A stretch of 64,000 nucleotides of DNA, taken from positions 152,705-216,704 of the forward strand of contig CAVTUR010000010.1 of the NCBI GenBank assembly GCA_963737945.1. Reading direction: 5' to 3'. The stretch is from Blastocatellia bacterium (lineage in GTDB: Bacteria > Acidobacteriota > Blastocatellia > UBA7656). Position 1 is the first letter of the stretch, and each line of letters starts with the position of its first letter. Below the pieces are notes generated by a model. That model was not told where the DNA came from. It saw only the letters and a program-made list of their open reading frames with translations, and did no database searches. Below, piece after piece: positions 1-9,820 of this stretch. The position numbers were made by a program, and so were the translations under genes.

Positions 1-2024
1 AGGTCTATGTTCTGACACTTGGAGACAAGAAGCTAACCGAGATCGCCGACTCGAAGCGTGGCCAGATACGCGATTACGCCTGGTCACCGCGTGGCAATCA
101 TCTCGCGTTCAGCATGCCAAACGCGAACGGCTTCAACTCGATCTACATTTGGAGCGCCGGTGACGGCCAACTTCGCAAAATCACCGAGGAAACATTTAAC
201 GCAAACGGTCCGGCGTGGGACCCGCAGGGAAACTATCTTTATTATCTCAGCGATCGCGAGTTTGCCCCGCAGATTTCCTCTATTGAATTCGACTACGCCG
301 GCAACAGAACCACCGGCATCTTCGCGATGGCGCTTCGCAAGGACGTGAAGAACCCCTTCCCGCCCGAAAGCGATGAAGTCACCATCACCAAGGAAGAGGC
401 CGACAAATCCAAGGAGCCGGAGAAGAAAGAAGCGGCACCAAAGCCTCCAACGGAACTGATCATCGACTTCGACGGCCTTGGGTCGCGAGTGGCCAAAGTT
501 CCGGTCGAGGCGAACAATTACAATGGACTGTCGGTCAAGACAGGACACCTGCTGTACAGCATCGGCCCCGCGTTCTACTACGGCAGGCAAGGCGAGAAGC
601 CGCCCTCGCTTCACATCTACGCCATCAAAGAGCGGAAGGAAACGACCCTCGTCGAGGGTGCGCGCGGCTGGGTGCTCTCCGACGACGGTTCAAAGGTGCT
701 GGTAGTCGCTCAGGGTGGATGGGCAATTTACGATGCGACCCCTCAGGGCGGGCCATCGCGAAAGGCAGTCTCCACCGCAGGACTCGCCGTCGACCGAGTG
801 CCTTCCGAAGAATGGGAGCAGATCTTCAACGAAGCCTGGCGCCGGTATCGCGACTTCTTCTACGTTCCCAATATGCACGGCTATGACTGGGAGGCGTTGC
901 GCCAGCAGTACAAGCCGCTTCTCAAATACGTTGCGCATCGCTCGGATTTGAACTTCATCATCGGCGAAATGATTGCGGAGTTGACTGTGCAACACGCCTA
1001 CGTTGAGGGTGGAGACTTCCAAATTCCGCCACGGCCGCGCGTAGCGCTGCCGGGCGCCAGGTTTGAGCTTGATCAAAAGGCCGGCCGCTACAAGATAGCC
1101 CGGATCTTCCAGGGAGAAAACGAAGAGGATGTTTATCGCTCTCCGCTTACCGAAATAGGCGTCAACGTTTCGGTTGGCGACTACGTCCTTGCGATCAACG
1201 GCGAGGAGCTAAAGGGGGATGACGACCCTTACCGGCTCCTGAAGAACAAGGCGGACAGCCTTGTGCAGTTGACGGTCAACAAAGAACCCTCAATGACCGG
1301 CGCGCGTACCGTGTCTTATCGGCCTATCACCAACGAGAGTGACCTTCTTTATTTGGATTGGGTCAACGCCAACCGGAAGAGGGTGTCGGATATGACCGGC
1401 GGGCGTGTCGGCTACATTCACATCCCCGACATGGGCGCGGCTGGCATTCGCGAATTCATCAAGTGGTACTACGGCCAGATCGCAAAGGAGGGTCTCGTGG
1501 TCGACGTGCGCGCAAACGGCGGCGGCAATGTATCGGCTATGCTCATCGAACGGTTGCGAAGAAAGGTGCTCGCGCTCAATTATTCGCGCACCGGGGAAGA
1601 AGCCACCACCTATCCAGGAGCAACGTTCATCGGACCGATGGCCGCGCTGCTCGATGAGAACTCCGCCTCGGACGGGGATATCTTTCCGGCGATGTTTCGC
1701 GAAGCCGGGCTGGGTCCGCTGATCGGCAAGCGCTCGTGGGGCGGTGTCATTGGCATCGGCAATCGAGGGACGTTGATCGACGGCGGCTCGATCTTCGTCC
1801 CCGAATCCGCATTCGCAAGTTCAAAGGGCCAATGGATCATTGAAGGCTACGGCGTCGATCCGGATATTGAAGTCGACAACGATCCCAAGTCGCTGATCGA
1901 GGGCAAAGATCCGCAACTGGAGCGGGCGGTAGCCGAGATAATGAACAAGCTGACGAAGCCGGTGAAGCTTCCGCCGCGACCGGCCGCCCCGGTGAAAACA
2001 CCCGACGCGAAGGTTCGTCCCTAA
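1..2024 (+). CDS. Tricorn-protease-like peptidase S41 (beta-propeller + PDZ + S41 catalytic domain); 5' partial, reading frame open to the window edge
   Basis: The frame is continuous from nt 3 with no stop before the M at 114. A TolB-like N-terminal region is followed by a PDZ-like segment (VGDYVLAINGEELKG) and S41 motifs (GYIHIPDMG, VDVRANGGGN, GKRSWGGVIGIG). Stop at 2022-2024. Confidence 0.75.
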   Translation, partial: VYVLTLGDKKLTEIADSKRGQIRDYAWSPRGNHLAFSMPNANGFNSIYIWSAGDGQLRKITEETFNANGPAWDPQGNYLYYLSDREFAPQISSIEFDYAGNRTTGIFAMALRKDVKNPFPPESDEVTITKEEADKSKEPEKKEAAPKPPTELIIDFDGLGSRVAKVPVEANNYNGLSVKTGHLLYSIGPAFYYGRQGEKPPSLHIYAIKERKETTLVEGARGWVLSDDGSKVLVVAQGGWAIYDATPQGGPSRKAVSTAGLAVDRVPSEEWEQIFNEAWRRYRDFFYVPNMHGYDWEALRQQYKPLLKYVAHRSDLNFIIGEMIAELTVQHAYVEGGDFQIPPRPRVALPGARFELDQKAGRYKIARIFQGENEEDVYRSPLTEIGVNVSVGDYVLAINGEELKGDDDPYRLLKNKADSLVQLTVNKEPSMTGARTVSYRPITNESDLLYLDWVNANRKRVSDMTGGRVGYIHIPDMGAAGIREFIKWYYGQIAKEGLVVDVRANGGGNVSAMLIERLRRKVLALNYSRTGEEATTYPGATFIGPMAALLDENSASDGDIFPAMFREAGLGPLIGKRSWGGVIGIGNRGTLIDGGSIFVPESAFASSKGQWIIEGYGVDPDIEVDNDPKSLIEGKDPQLERAVAEIMNKLTKPVKLPPRPAAPVKTPDAKVRP

Positions 2025-2045
2025 ATAATGTAAGCACGCTGAAGC

Positions 2046-2085
2046 TTGGACTCTGAACACCTTCCCTTACACGTTCAGAGTCCAA
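2046..2085 (+). terminator. Putative stem-loop terminator after the tricorn-like gene
   Basis: Perfect 13-bp inverted repeat ttggactctgaac/gttcagagtccaa with a 14-nt loop, 22 nt after the stop. A T-run is weak (ccttt). Confidence 0.3.
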
Positions 2086-2140
2086 CCTTTAGGTTGCTCT
2101 TCGGTGGGTTCTGCTTTGGAAGAGTTCAACCGAGGAACCA

Positions 2141-3472
2141 ATGATGAAGAGACTTATCCTGATTCTGCCGATGACCGTGCTGGTTTGCTTCTTAGGCGAC
2201 AGCCTGGCGGTTGCCCGGCAAATCAACCAGACTGCATCATCCAAAAGCGGCGACAAGCCCGGCGTCGACCTCATCAAGGAGGGAATGGCGGCTTACCAAA
2301 ATAAGGACTATGCGTCAGCGGCGAAGCTTCTTCAGGAAGGGGTTGCCAGGGGCGCAAACGATCTCGACACACTGTACAACACTGCCTGCGCCCTCGCTCT
2401 TGCAGGCGATCGCGAGAAAGCCTTTCAGTTTCTCGACAAGGCAATTCAAGCGGGCTTTCGCAACACCACCCACCTGACGTTCGACGGAGATCTGGATTCA
2501 CTGCACACAGATCTGCGTTGGGCAAAGATTCTTGCGGCCTGCGAAGGGCAGCACGCAAAGTGGGTCGAAACTCACAGCAATCCCAACAACACCCGTTTCA
2601 TCACCGCCGACATCGAACGCTTCTGGAAAGCCTATGATAAGGCCATGGCCGCACCCGCCGAGGATCGAGTCGCGATCTTTCAGCGCGATTACATCGACCC
2701 CGGCACCGTTGGTTTGAAAGATTGGGCCGCGAGCGGCCGACTAAACGCAAAGACGCTGGTGAAGACCATCGAGACACGCCAGAGCTTCTTCAAGGCAATC
2801 CGTCCGCTCACTATCCGGATTCAGAACCACCTGGCACCAACCACCTCGGCGTTTCGCAAATTCAAAGAGCTTTATCCGGACGCGATCTTCCCCGAGACCT
2901 ATTTTGTAATAGGCCAATTGCAGAGCGGCGGAACATCATCCGGCAACGGGCTGTTGATGGGGGCCGAGATGTTCACCCGATCGGCAAACACGCCGCTCGG
3001 GGAACTCACCGACTGGCAGCGGGATGCGATCATGCCTCAGAGCGATATCCCGCCGCTGGTAGCTCACGAATCGGTCCACTTTCAGCAAAAATATTCGGTG
3101 CAGAACAGTCTGCTCTGCGCGTGCCTAAAAGAGGGAAGCGCGGATTTTCTCGGTAAGCTCATTTCGGGAAGCTTGATCGCGCGGATGGAACAGACTCACT
3201 CGTGGGCCAACGCCCGCGAACGCGATCTCTGGTTGGAGTTTCAGAAGGAAATGGACGGTAAGGACTCATCGCGCTGGCTCTACGGCAAAAGCGGCGGAAA
3301 CGGGCGACCGGTGGATCTGGGATACTGGATGGGCTACAAGATCTCGGAGGCCTACTTCGGGAACACCGCCGATAAGAATCAGGCCGTCCGCGACATGCTT
3401 CTGATCAAGGACTGCAGAGATTTTTTGAAGGCGAGCCATTATGCGGAAAAGTTTGCCGGAGAAGCGCGGTAG
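2141..3472 (+). CDS. Secreted TPR-like protein with a C-terminal HExxH putative zinc-protease motif
   Basis: N-terminal signal peptide MMKRLILILPMTVLVCFLG. TPR-like helical repeats (YQNKDYASAAKLLQEG.., LYNTACALALAG.., AFQFLDKAIQAG). HESVH motif in LVAHESVHFQQ. Confidence 0.5.
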   Translation: MMKRLILILPMTVLVCFLGDSLAVARQINQTASSKSGDKPGVDLIKEGMAAYQNKDYASAAKLLQEGVARGANDLDTLYNTACALALAGDREKAFQFLDKAIQAGFRNTTHLTFDGDLDSLHTDLRWAKILAACEGQHAKWVETHSNPNNTRFITADIERFWKAYDKAMAAPAEDRVAIFQRDYIDPGTVGLKDWAASGRLNAKTLVKTIETRQSFFKAIRPLTIRIQNHLAPTTSAFRKFKELYPDAIFPETYFVIGQLQSGGTSSGNGLLMGAEMFTRSANTPLGELTDWQRDAIMPQSDIPPLVAHESVHFQQKYSVQNSLLCACLKEGSADFLGKLISGSLIARMEQTHSWANARERDLWLEFQKEMDGKDSSRWLYGKSGGNGRPVDLGYWMGYKISEAYFGNTADKNQAVRDMLLIKDCRDFLKASHYAEKFAGEAR

Positions 3473-3559
3473 GCGGCGAGTACGCCGCGGCGGCTTCTGA
3501 CCAGCAAGCTGAGCAGAGGCGTCGCCCCCAAATGGCGCACACCAGTTGAGGAGACGATC

Positions 3560-4267
3560 GTGAGTTCTATTCAGATCGAGAGGGTCGGTCAGATTGCGGT
3601 GCTCCGAATCGATCGGCCACCCGCCAACGCGATTGACCTCGGATTAGCGGGCGAGTTTGCAACCGCGCTGGAGCGCATCAAAACCAGCGATGCCATCGGC
3701 GCCCTCGTAGTAACCGGCGCGGGCAATTGTTTCTCCGCCGGCCTCGATCTAAAAGTCCTGCCAACCTACGATCGAGAGCAACAACAGGCGATGGTGATGC
3801 AATTGAATCGCGTGTTTGGAGGATTGTACGGTTTGCCGTTTCCGGCTATCGCAGCGGTGAACGGTCACGCGATTGCGGGAGGCATGATCCTGACCCTCGC
3901 CTGTGACTATCGCATTGGAGCGGAAGGCAACTACAAGCTCGGGTTGGCGGAGATACGTGTCGGAGTGCCCTTTCCAGTCGCCGCTATGGCGATCGTTCGA
4001 TCGGAACTCAGCCATCCTGTCGCACGAAAGATGGTGCTGACAGCCCGGAACTCCAGTCCCGGTGACGCGTTATCGATGGGGGTTCTGGACGAGCTTCAGC
4101 CGCCCGAGCGTTTGCTGCCGCGAGCGATCGAGGTTGCGACGGAGATGGCCGCGCTCCCGCGCTCAATCTACGGGCTAATCAAACGCCAACTGCGAGGCGC
4201 GGCGCTCGCTCAGATTCAGATGACGCCATCAGCAGCGGGAATGAGCAAATGCTCGATTCGTGGTTGA
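3560..4267 (+). CDS. Enoyl-CoA hydratase/isomerase (crotonase family)
   Basis: GTG start preceded by a gaggag RBS. Crotonase signatures VVTGAGNCFSAGLDLK and NGHAIAGGMILTLACDYRIGAE. Confidence 0.8.
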   Translation: MSSIQIERVGQIAVLRIDRPPANAIDLGLAGEFATALERIKTSDAIGALVVTGAGNCFSAGLDLKVLPTYDREQQQAMVMQLNRVFGGLYGLPFPAIAAVNGHAIAGGMILTLACDYRIGAEGNYKLGLAEIRVGVPFPVAAMAIVRSELSHPVARKMVLTARNSSPGDALSMGVLDELQPPERLLPRAIEVATEMAALPRSIYGLIKRQLRGAALAQIQMTPSAAGMSKCSIRG

Positions 4268-4425
4268 GCGCTGAGACTAGAGCAGCGTCATCTGAAGCAT
4301 TGAAGCGAAAAGTTTGAGATTAGTGGTGGCGGGCATCCCCGCTGCCAACTGTGCCATCGTCACACTCTCGCGTCGGCCTGGCGGAGCCGATCGGCGGGTT
4401 AGCCCCGCATCAAAAGAGGAGAACT

Positions 4426-6825
4426 ATGGAAACATTCTTTCACGACCTCCGCTTCGGCGGGCGCCTGCTGACAAGGAAGCCAGCCTTCACCGCAATCGCA
4501 GTCATCACTCTTGCGCTTGGAATCGGCGCGAACACTGCCATCTTTAGCGTGGTGAACTCGGTGTTGCTTCGGCCGCTCCCCTACCCTGAATCGGAGCGCC
4601 TTGTGACTATGCGTTTCAATCAGTCGCTCCCCGACCTCGAAGATGTCAGGTCTCGGAGCCAGTCCTTTGAGTACTTCGGCGGCGCGGTCATGCAGCCCCA
4701 GGACTACACCGGTGACGGCGAACCGCTTCAAGTCCAGGCAGCGCTTATCAATGCGGATCTGTTCAAAGCGTTGGGCGTCAAGGCCGCGATCGGGCGAACG
4801 ATTTCAGACGACGAGGATCGCTACGGTGGCGACCCGGTAGTCGTGTTAGCTCACGGCTTCTGGCAACGAACATTCGGCGGCGATGCGAACATCATCGGAA
4901 GAGCGATTCAATTGAGCGGGAAGACTTACACCGTTATCGGCGTCATGCCGGCGGACTTCGTTATGCCGACAGAAATACCCGATGTTTGGGGTTCGGTGCG
5001 CGTCGTAAATCCTATCGCGGCCCAGTTTCGCGGAGTCCATTTTCTGCGCACCTACTTGCGGCTAAAGCCCGGGGTCAGTCTGAGCCAGGCTCAGGGAGAG
5101 ATGCAGGGCATCGACGAATGGCTGGCGCAGCAGTACCCTGAGGAAAACAAGGGCCGCCGCACTGTGCTATTTTCATTACACGAGCGCATCGTGGCCAATA
5201 CGCGTCCCGCGCTGCTTATTCTACTCGGCGCGGTTGGACTGGTTCTGTTGATCGCCTGTGCGAATTTCGCCAATTTACTGCTCACCCGTGCCGCCGGGAG
5301 ACGGCAGGAGATCGTAATCCGGGCGGCGCTTGGAGCGGGCCGGGGCCGTCTGATCAGACAGATGCTGACCGAGAGCACGCTGTTATCGGTGCTCGGGGGG
5401 GCCGGCGGATTGCTGCTTGCAAAGTGGGGGGTCGATCTTCTGACCTCGCTAAAACCCGCAAACCTGCCGCGGCTGTCATCGATCGGCATCGATGGATGGG
5501 TGCTCGCGTTCACGCTTGGGGTCTCGATTCTGACGGGCATCGTTTTTGGCCTCATCCCGGCATTGAGCGCGTCAAAGCTGGACGTCAACGAGGCACTAAA
5601 GGAAGGAGGCCGCGCTTCGACCGGTGGTATCGGCAGGCATCGTGCCCGCAGCTTACTGGTGGTTTCGGAGATCGCGCTCGCACTTGTGTTGCTGATCGGC
5701 GCGGGGCTGCTGATCAAGAGCATCTGGAAGCTGCGCGCGATCGATCCTGGGTTCACTCCTGAGAATCTTTTGACCATGCGCCTCGAGCTTCCGGAGGCTC
5801 GATATAAGGAGATCCCAAAACAGATACAGTTTCGCGAACGCGTGCTCGAAGCGGTGAACGCGATTCCCGGTGCGCAGGCAGCGATGATCAGCGAATTGCC
5901 GATGACTGAGAACCTTATGCACAACTTCATCATCGACGGGCGTCCCCCACTGGCACCCGGTGAAGAACCCGATCTTGAAACACGCACGGTGGCCGGCGAC
6001 TACTTCCGCACGATGGGTATTCCCGTGCATCAGGGACGCGACTTCACTGCACAGGATCGAGCCGACTCGCTGCCCGTCGGTTTGGTGAACGAGAGCTTCG
6101 CGCGAGAGTATTTTCCAAACGAGAGCCCGATCGGAAGTCGCATAGCCTGGGCCAGGGGGACTCCTCGACGGTGGATGACCATTGTCGGGATAGTCGGGGA
6201 TGTCAGGCATTACGGTTTGAATCTTCCGGAGTTGCCGGCGTTCTATAACACGTTCGCGCAGCAGGATCAGCCCTGGAAGCGCTGGATGTATCTGGCGGTG
6301 CGAACTGGGGGCAACAGCGAAGCTATCGCCGGCCAGGTAAAAAATCAAATCTGGTCGGTGGATAAGCAGATTCCGGTGACAAAGCTTAGAACGATGACTG
6401 ATGTAATGGCGGACTCGGTGGCGGCGCAATCGCAACGGTTCAACATGACGATGATGGGGATATTCTCGGCGGTCGCGCTTCTGCTTGCGGCAATCGGGAT
6501 CTACGGCGTCATTTCATTCTCGGTCACCCAACGCACGCACGAGATCGGCATTCGCATGGCGCTGGGCGCCAAAACCGGTGATGTACTAAGGAGTATTTTG
6601 TTGGAGGGCGCGCAATTGGCCGGAATTGGCGTTGCAATTGGGATCGTAACGGCTTTTGGGCTGACCCGGGTGATGTCGAGCCTGCTGTTTGGCGTAAGCG
6701 CGACCGACCCGGTGATCTTCGCGAGCATTTCGATCATCCTGACAGGAGTGGCTCTAGGGGCCGCTTTCATCCCGGCACGCCGTGCGACGAAGGTAGACCC
6801 GATGATCGCCTTGAGATACGAATAG
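4426..6825 (+). CDS. ADOP-family ABC transporter permease (duplicated FtsX/MacB-like, 2 x 4 TM with large periplasmic domains)
   Basis: Typical N-terminus METFFHDLRFGGRLL after an aggag RBS. Two FtsX C-terminal domains (…IGIRMALGA… motifs). No ATPase gene is adjacent. Confidence 0.8.
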   Translation: METFFHDLRFGGRLLTRKPAFTAIAVITLALGIGANTAIFSVVNSVLLRPLPYPESERLVTMRFNQSLPDLEDVRSRSQSFEYFGGAVMQPQDYTGDGEPLQVQAALINADLFKALGVKAAIGRTISDDEDRYGGDPVVVLAHGFWQRTFGGDANIIGRAIQLSGKTYTVIGVMPADFVMPTEIPDVWGSVRVVNPIAAQFRGVHFLRTYLRLKPGVSLSQAQGEMQGIDEWLAQQYPEENKGRRTVLFSLHERIVANTRPALLILLGAVGLVLLIACANFANLLLTRAAGRRQEIVIRAALGAGRGRLIRQMLTESTLLSVLGGAGGLLLAKWGVDLLTSLKPANLPRLSSIGIDGWVLAFTLGVSILTGIVFGLIPALSASKLDVNEALKEGGRASTGGIGRHRARSLLVVSEIALALVLLIGAGLLIKSIWKLRAIDPGFTPENLLTMRLELPEARYKEIPKQIQFRERVLEAVNAIPGAQAAMISELPMTENLMHNFIIDGRPPLAPGEEPDLETRTVAGDYFRTMGIPVHQGRDFTAQDRADSLPVGLVNESFAREYFPNESPIGSRIAWARGTPRRWMTIVGIVGDVRHYGLNLPELPAFYNTFAQQDQPWKRWMYLAVRTGGNSEAIAGQVKNQIWSVDKQIPVTKLRTMTDVMADSVAAQSQRFNMTMMGIFSAVALLLAAIGIYGVISFSVTQRTHEIGIRMALGAKTGDVLRSILLEGAQLAGIGVAIGIVTAFGLTRVMSSLLFGVSATDPVIFASISIILTGVALGAAFIPARRATKVDPMIALRYE

Positions 6826-6851
6826 ACATTGAGCAAAAGAGCATGGGGAAG

Positions 6852-6929
6852 GGCATGGAGCTCAGGCTTTAGCCTGCGTTCCGGTCTGGCGCGATAGGAA
6901 ACAGCGCAGGCTAAAGCCTGAACTCCATG
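6852..6929. repeat. ~78-bp palindromic element (26-bp arms, 1 mismatch), copy 1 of 2 (see 40744-40815)
   Basis: Left arm gcatggagctcaggctttagcctgcg and right arm cgcaggctaaagcctgaactccatgc, with a 26-nt spacer. Lies between the ADOP stop and the next gene. Confidence 0.7.
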
Positions 6930-6970
6930 CTCTTTCGCGAGTTATTCTAATTTTGGAGAAGGAGAAAGCA

Positions 6971-7604
6971 ATGAAATCTACGACTGCGAGACTACTACTC
7001 TGTATGACTGTCGTGATGTGCCTTGTGTCCGCGCTTTATGCGCAGGAGAACAAGACGCGGCCCAAGATCATCGCGTTCGGCAGCGATTCACCCGAGCGGG
7101 GAACGACACGCGTGGGGTATTGGAACAACGAAAAGAATATGGGCGCCGGGCAATTCGCGATCGACTACGGCCGGCCGGTGTGGCGCAAGGAGTATGAAGA
7201 TACCGCGAATTTCGACAAGATGACCAAGGGCAAGGTCTACCGGCTTGGGAGCAACTTCTGGACGACGCTTGACTCGGATATGCCACTAACGATTGCGGGC
7301 ACGACCATCCCGGCCGGCGCATGGTACCTGGGTCTGCAGCGATCGGAAGACGGCGCAACCTGGAGCCTGGTGTTCATCGACCCGGGAAAAGCGCGGGCCG
7401 CTCACGTGGATGCGTCAGAGATCGAGCGCAGCGCCCGTCGCTCACAAAGCGCCGATGATCGTCGCGCAGGCAGCCGACTCGAAGGACAAGCTGACCATCG
7501 ACCTGGTTTTTCAGAAAGGTAATTTAAAGGACGTGACGCTCAAGATCTCCTGGGGAAAGATGGAGTTGACCGCCCCGATTCAGGTTCCGATATCGAATAG
7601 CTAG
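6971..7604 (+). CDS. Secreted hypothetical protein (DUF2911-like?), apparent frameshift near 7430-7450
   Basis: ggagaaggagaaagca RBS followed by MKSTTARLLLCMTVVMCLVSALYAQ signal peptide. The C-terminal third (…DSKDKLTIDLVFQKGNLKDVTLKISWGKMELTAPIQVPISNS) continues in the +1 frame (ORF 7293-7604). Confidence 0.5.
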
Positions 7605-7920
7605 GCTTTGGACTGCGCCGCCGGAGAGTTCGCGTGATCATCCGCGCTCTGTTCGGTGGCGCTTTCCAGTTGCCCTCGCGGATTTCTCTCGCGCGGTTCA
7701 TCCGGGAACCGCGACGTTGAGCTTATGCAATGGCACCCGACCTCCCGGGAACAATTCCGCGCACCAGGTGTCTAACCGATCTGGAAAAGCCATCTCACTT
7801 GTCAGCTGTAATCAAATTCGTTACGGAGACTATCATCGAGAGCGCGGCCCAGACTCTCGTTGCGGCTCGCGGTGACTACTCGACTTGGACTGATATTCGC
7901 GAAGCAGTGATTTCAGGCAG

Positions 7921-8985
7921 TCATTTTTTCGTTCCACTCACCGCCTCTTTCCATAGCTCAGGATAATCGGTGAACCCGCCGTCTATCCCAAACCCAACAT
8001 AGCGCTGAATGTCCGCGATGATGCTCGCGCGAACCGTCGAACCATTGGACAGCCTTTCGTCGAGCGGCTTGCGCGCATTGGCGGTGGTCGGGCCGCGAAA
8101 CGTATATGGGTGAATCACCAACCCGGCCTTGTGAAACGTTGCGACATCGGCGTAAGTCTTGAGCAGGGTCTTGCTTGGACCCACTCCGTCCGCGTACCCC
8201 GCAATCTCAGCCGCGAGAGACGGCGTTACCATTGCGGTGTCTTTTTCGCGTCCGGCCGTTTCCATCGGCAAGAGCTGAACGCGGGGGTAGCCGGGCGCAA
8301 GCTCTTTCATTCGCAGCAAGGCTTCCTTGTAGAAAGACTGAATGAAAATCCGACTTCGTTGGGACGGACGCTCGAAGCCGTGCGCTTTGAGGATCTCCGC
8401 GAGTCGTGTGGCTGAATCAAAACCAAGCGCTTTGTAAAACGAGAAGTGTTTCAACTCGATATACAGACCCGCTCGATTGCCGACGAGATTGATCACATCT
8501 TCGATCGTCGGGACGCGCTGGCCGACATAGGATGGGCTGGACGCAAAGGGATTCGCGCGGTTGAACCACGAACCAGCATCAAGCCGTTTGATCTCGGCAA
8601 GCGTGAAATCAACGGTGTACCAGCCTCGCTTTGGCGTCCCGGTTTCGAGCGGATCCCGCAGCGTAGCGCGGTCGGGGAAGACTTCTGCCACGTTGGTTGT
8701 GCGCGCGAGGTCGGGATCGTGAAGACAAATCAGCGCACCGTCCTTTGTGAACTGCAGGTCTTGCTCAACGAAGTCGGCTCCTTGCCTGATCGCCAACTGG
8801 TAACTCGCAAGGGTATGCTCGGGCGCGTAGCCCGACGCTCCACGATGCGCGATGAGCAACGGCTTTTTCAAGGCAGCCGGCGTTTGGTTGGTCATCCCGG
8901 TGGGCGAGGCGTACGTCACGATCAGAATGGTTAACGCCGCGACCGAGGGCGCAACCAGACCATGAAGAGATAGGCTATGGTTCAT
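7921..8985 (-). CDS. Glycerophosphodiester phosphodiesterase (GlpQ/UgpQ family), secreted
   Basis: GDPD motifs LLIAHRGASGYAPEHTLASY and FVEQDLQFTKDGALICLHD. N-terminal signal peptide. ATG at 8985 (a GTG at 8994 is also possible). Confidence 0.8.
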   Translation of the reverse strand: MNHSLSLHGLVAPSVAALTILIVTYASPTGMTNQTPAALKKPLLIAHRGASGYAPEHTLASYQLAIRQGADFVEQDLQFTKDGALICLHDPDLARTTNVAEVFPDRATLRDPLETGTPKRGWYTVDFTLAEIKRLDAGSWFNRANPFASSPSYVGQRVPTIEDVINLVGNRAGLYIELKHFSFYKALGFDSATRLAEILKAHGFERPSQRSRIFIQSFYKEALLRMKELAPGYPRVQLLPMETAGREKDTAMVTPSLAAEIAGYADGVGPSKTLLKTYADVATFHKAGLVIHPYTFRGPTTANARKPLDERLSNGSTVRASIIADIQRYVGFGIDGGFTDYPELWKEAVSGTKK

Positions 8986-9062
8986 TCGCAACACTCCGCC
9001 TGAGCCCGACGTCTCGGCTGGCCTTGCGTCTCAGCGCGGGGACCCGATTTCGCGCCAAGACG

Positions 9063-9136
9063 CTAAAACCATACAAAACGAGGTAAGCCGAAGGGCCCGT
9101 CCACTACGAATAGCCTCCTAACAAAGGACGGCTTCG
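9063..9136 (-). terminator. Putative intrinsic terminator downstream of dps
   Basis: On the minus strand, hairpin gaagccgtcc…ggacgggcccttcggctt followed by a U-rich tract (ttttgtatggtttt). It sits directly after the dps stop. Confidence 0.35.
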
Positions 9137-9163
9137 TCGATCAGGTGGCACAGCTCAAAACAA

Positions 9164-9634
9164 TCAAGCTTCAAGCAAGCTTCTAAGCATCCACGCAGTC
9201 TTCTCGTGCACCTGCATCCGCTGAGTCAACAGATCTGCGGTCGCTTCATCATTCACTCGATCCGCCGAGGGAAACACCGAACGCGCCGTCGACACCACCG
9301 CCTCCTGCCCTTCAACGAGCAGCCTGATCATCTCCTCGGCCTTCGGCACGCCGGGAGTCTCCTTGATCGAGCTCAACCGCGCGAAATCGGCATAGGTCGC
9401 CGGGGCCGGGAAACCAAGAGCTCTTATTCGCTCCGCGACCAGATCCACAGCCAGAGCCAGTTCGTTGTACTGAGTCTCAAACATCAGGTGAAGCGTCTGG
9501 AACATCGGACCTGTGACGTTCCAGTGAAAGTTGTGGGTCTTCAGATACAACGTGTATGTGTCAGCCAGCAGCCTCGACAGTCCCTGTGCGATCTCGGCCC
9601 GGTCACCTTCTTTGATTCCAATATCAATCTTCAT
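9164..9634 (-). CDS. dps: Dps (DNA-binding ferritin-like protein)
   Basis: Ferritin-like Dps sequence [31 protein letters not shown]…; 156 aa; ATG start. Confidence 0.85.
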   Translation of the reverse strand: MKIDIGIKEGDRAEIAQGLSRLLADTYTLYLKTHNFHWNVTGPMFQTLHLMFETQYNELALAVDLVAERIRALGFPAPATYADFARLSSIKETPGVPKAEEMIRLLVEGQEAVVSTARSVFPSADRVNDEATADLLTQRMQVHEKTAWMLRSLLEA

Positions 9635-9820
9635 ATCATCTCCATTCTAGTTAAGAAGTCTTCTCTGCATCCCGGCGGCTATTCCTTCGCAGTACCCAGA
9701 AGGTGCCAAACACGCCGCGTAACGCAGGGGAACTCGGAGCCGTCCACACTCTGACTATACAAAACAAACTTGCCATAAGTGAAATACTTTGGTTCGATGG
9801 CCCTACGATTGGAGGAAGTC

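Noticed and set aside
690-1076. 128-aa minus-strand ORF inside the tricorn-like gene
   Set aside because: Antisense to a well-supported CDS. Arg/Ala-rich translation typical of GC-rich antisense frames.
5091-6435. Two long minus-strand ORFs (298 and 260 aa) inside the ADOP permease gene
   Set aside because: Antisense shadows of a high-GC gene. Low-complexity Ser/Arg/Pro-rich products with no recognisable domain.
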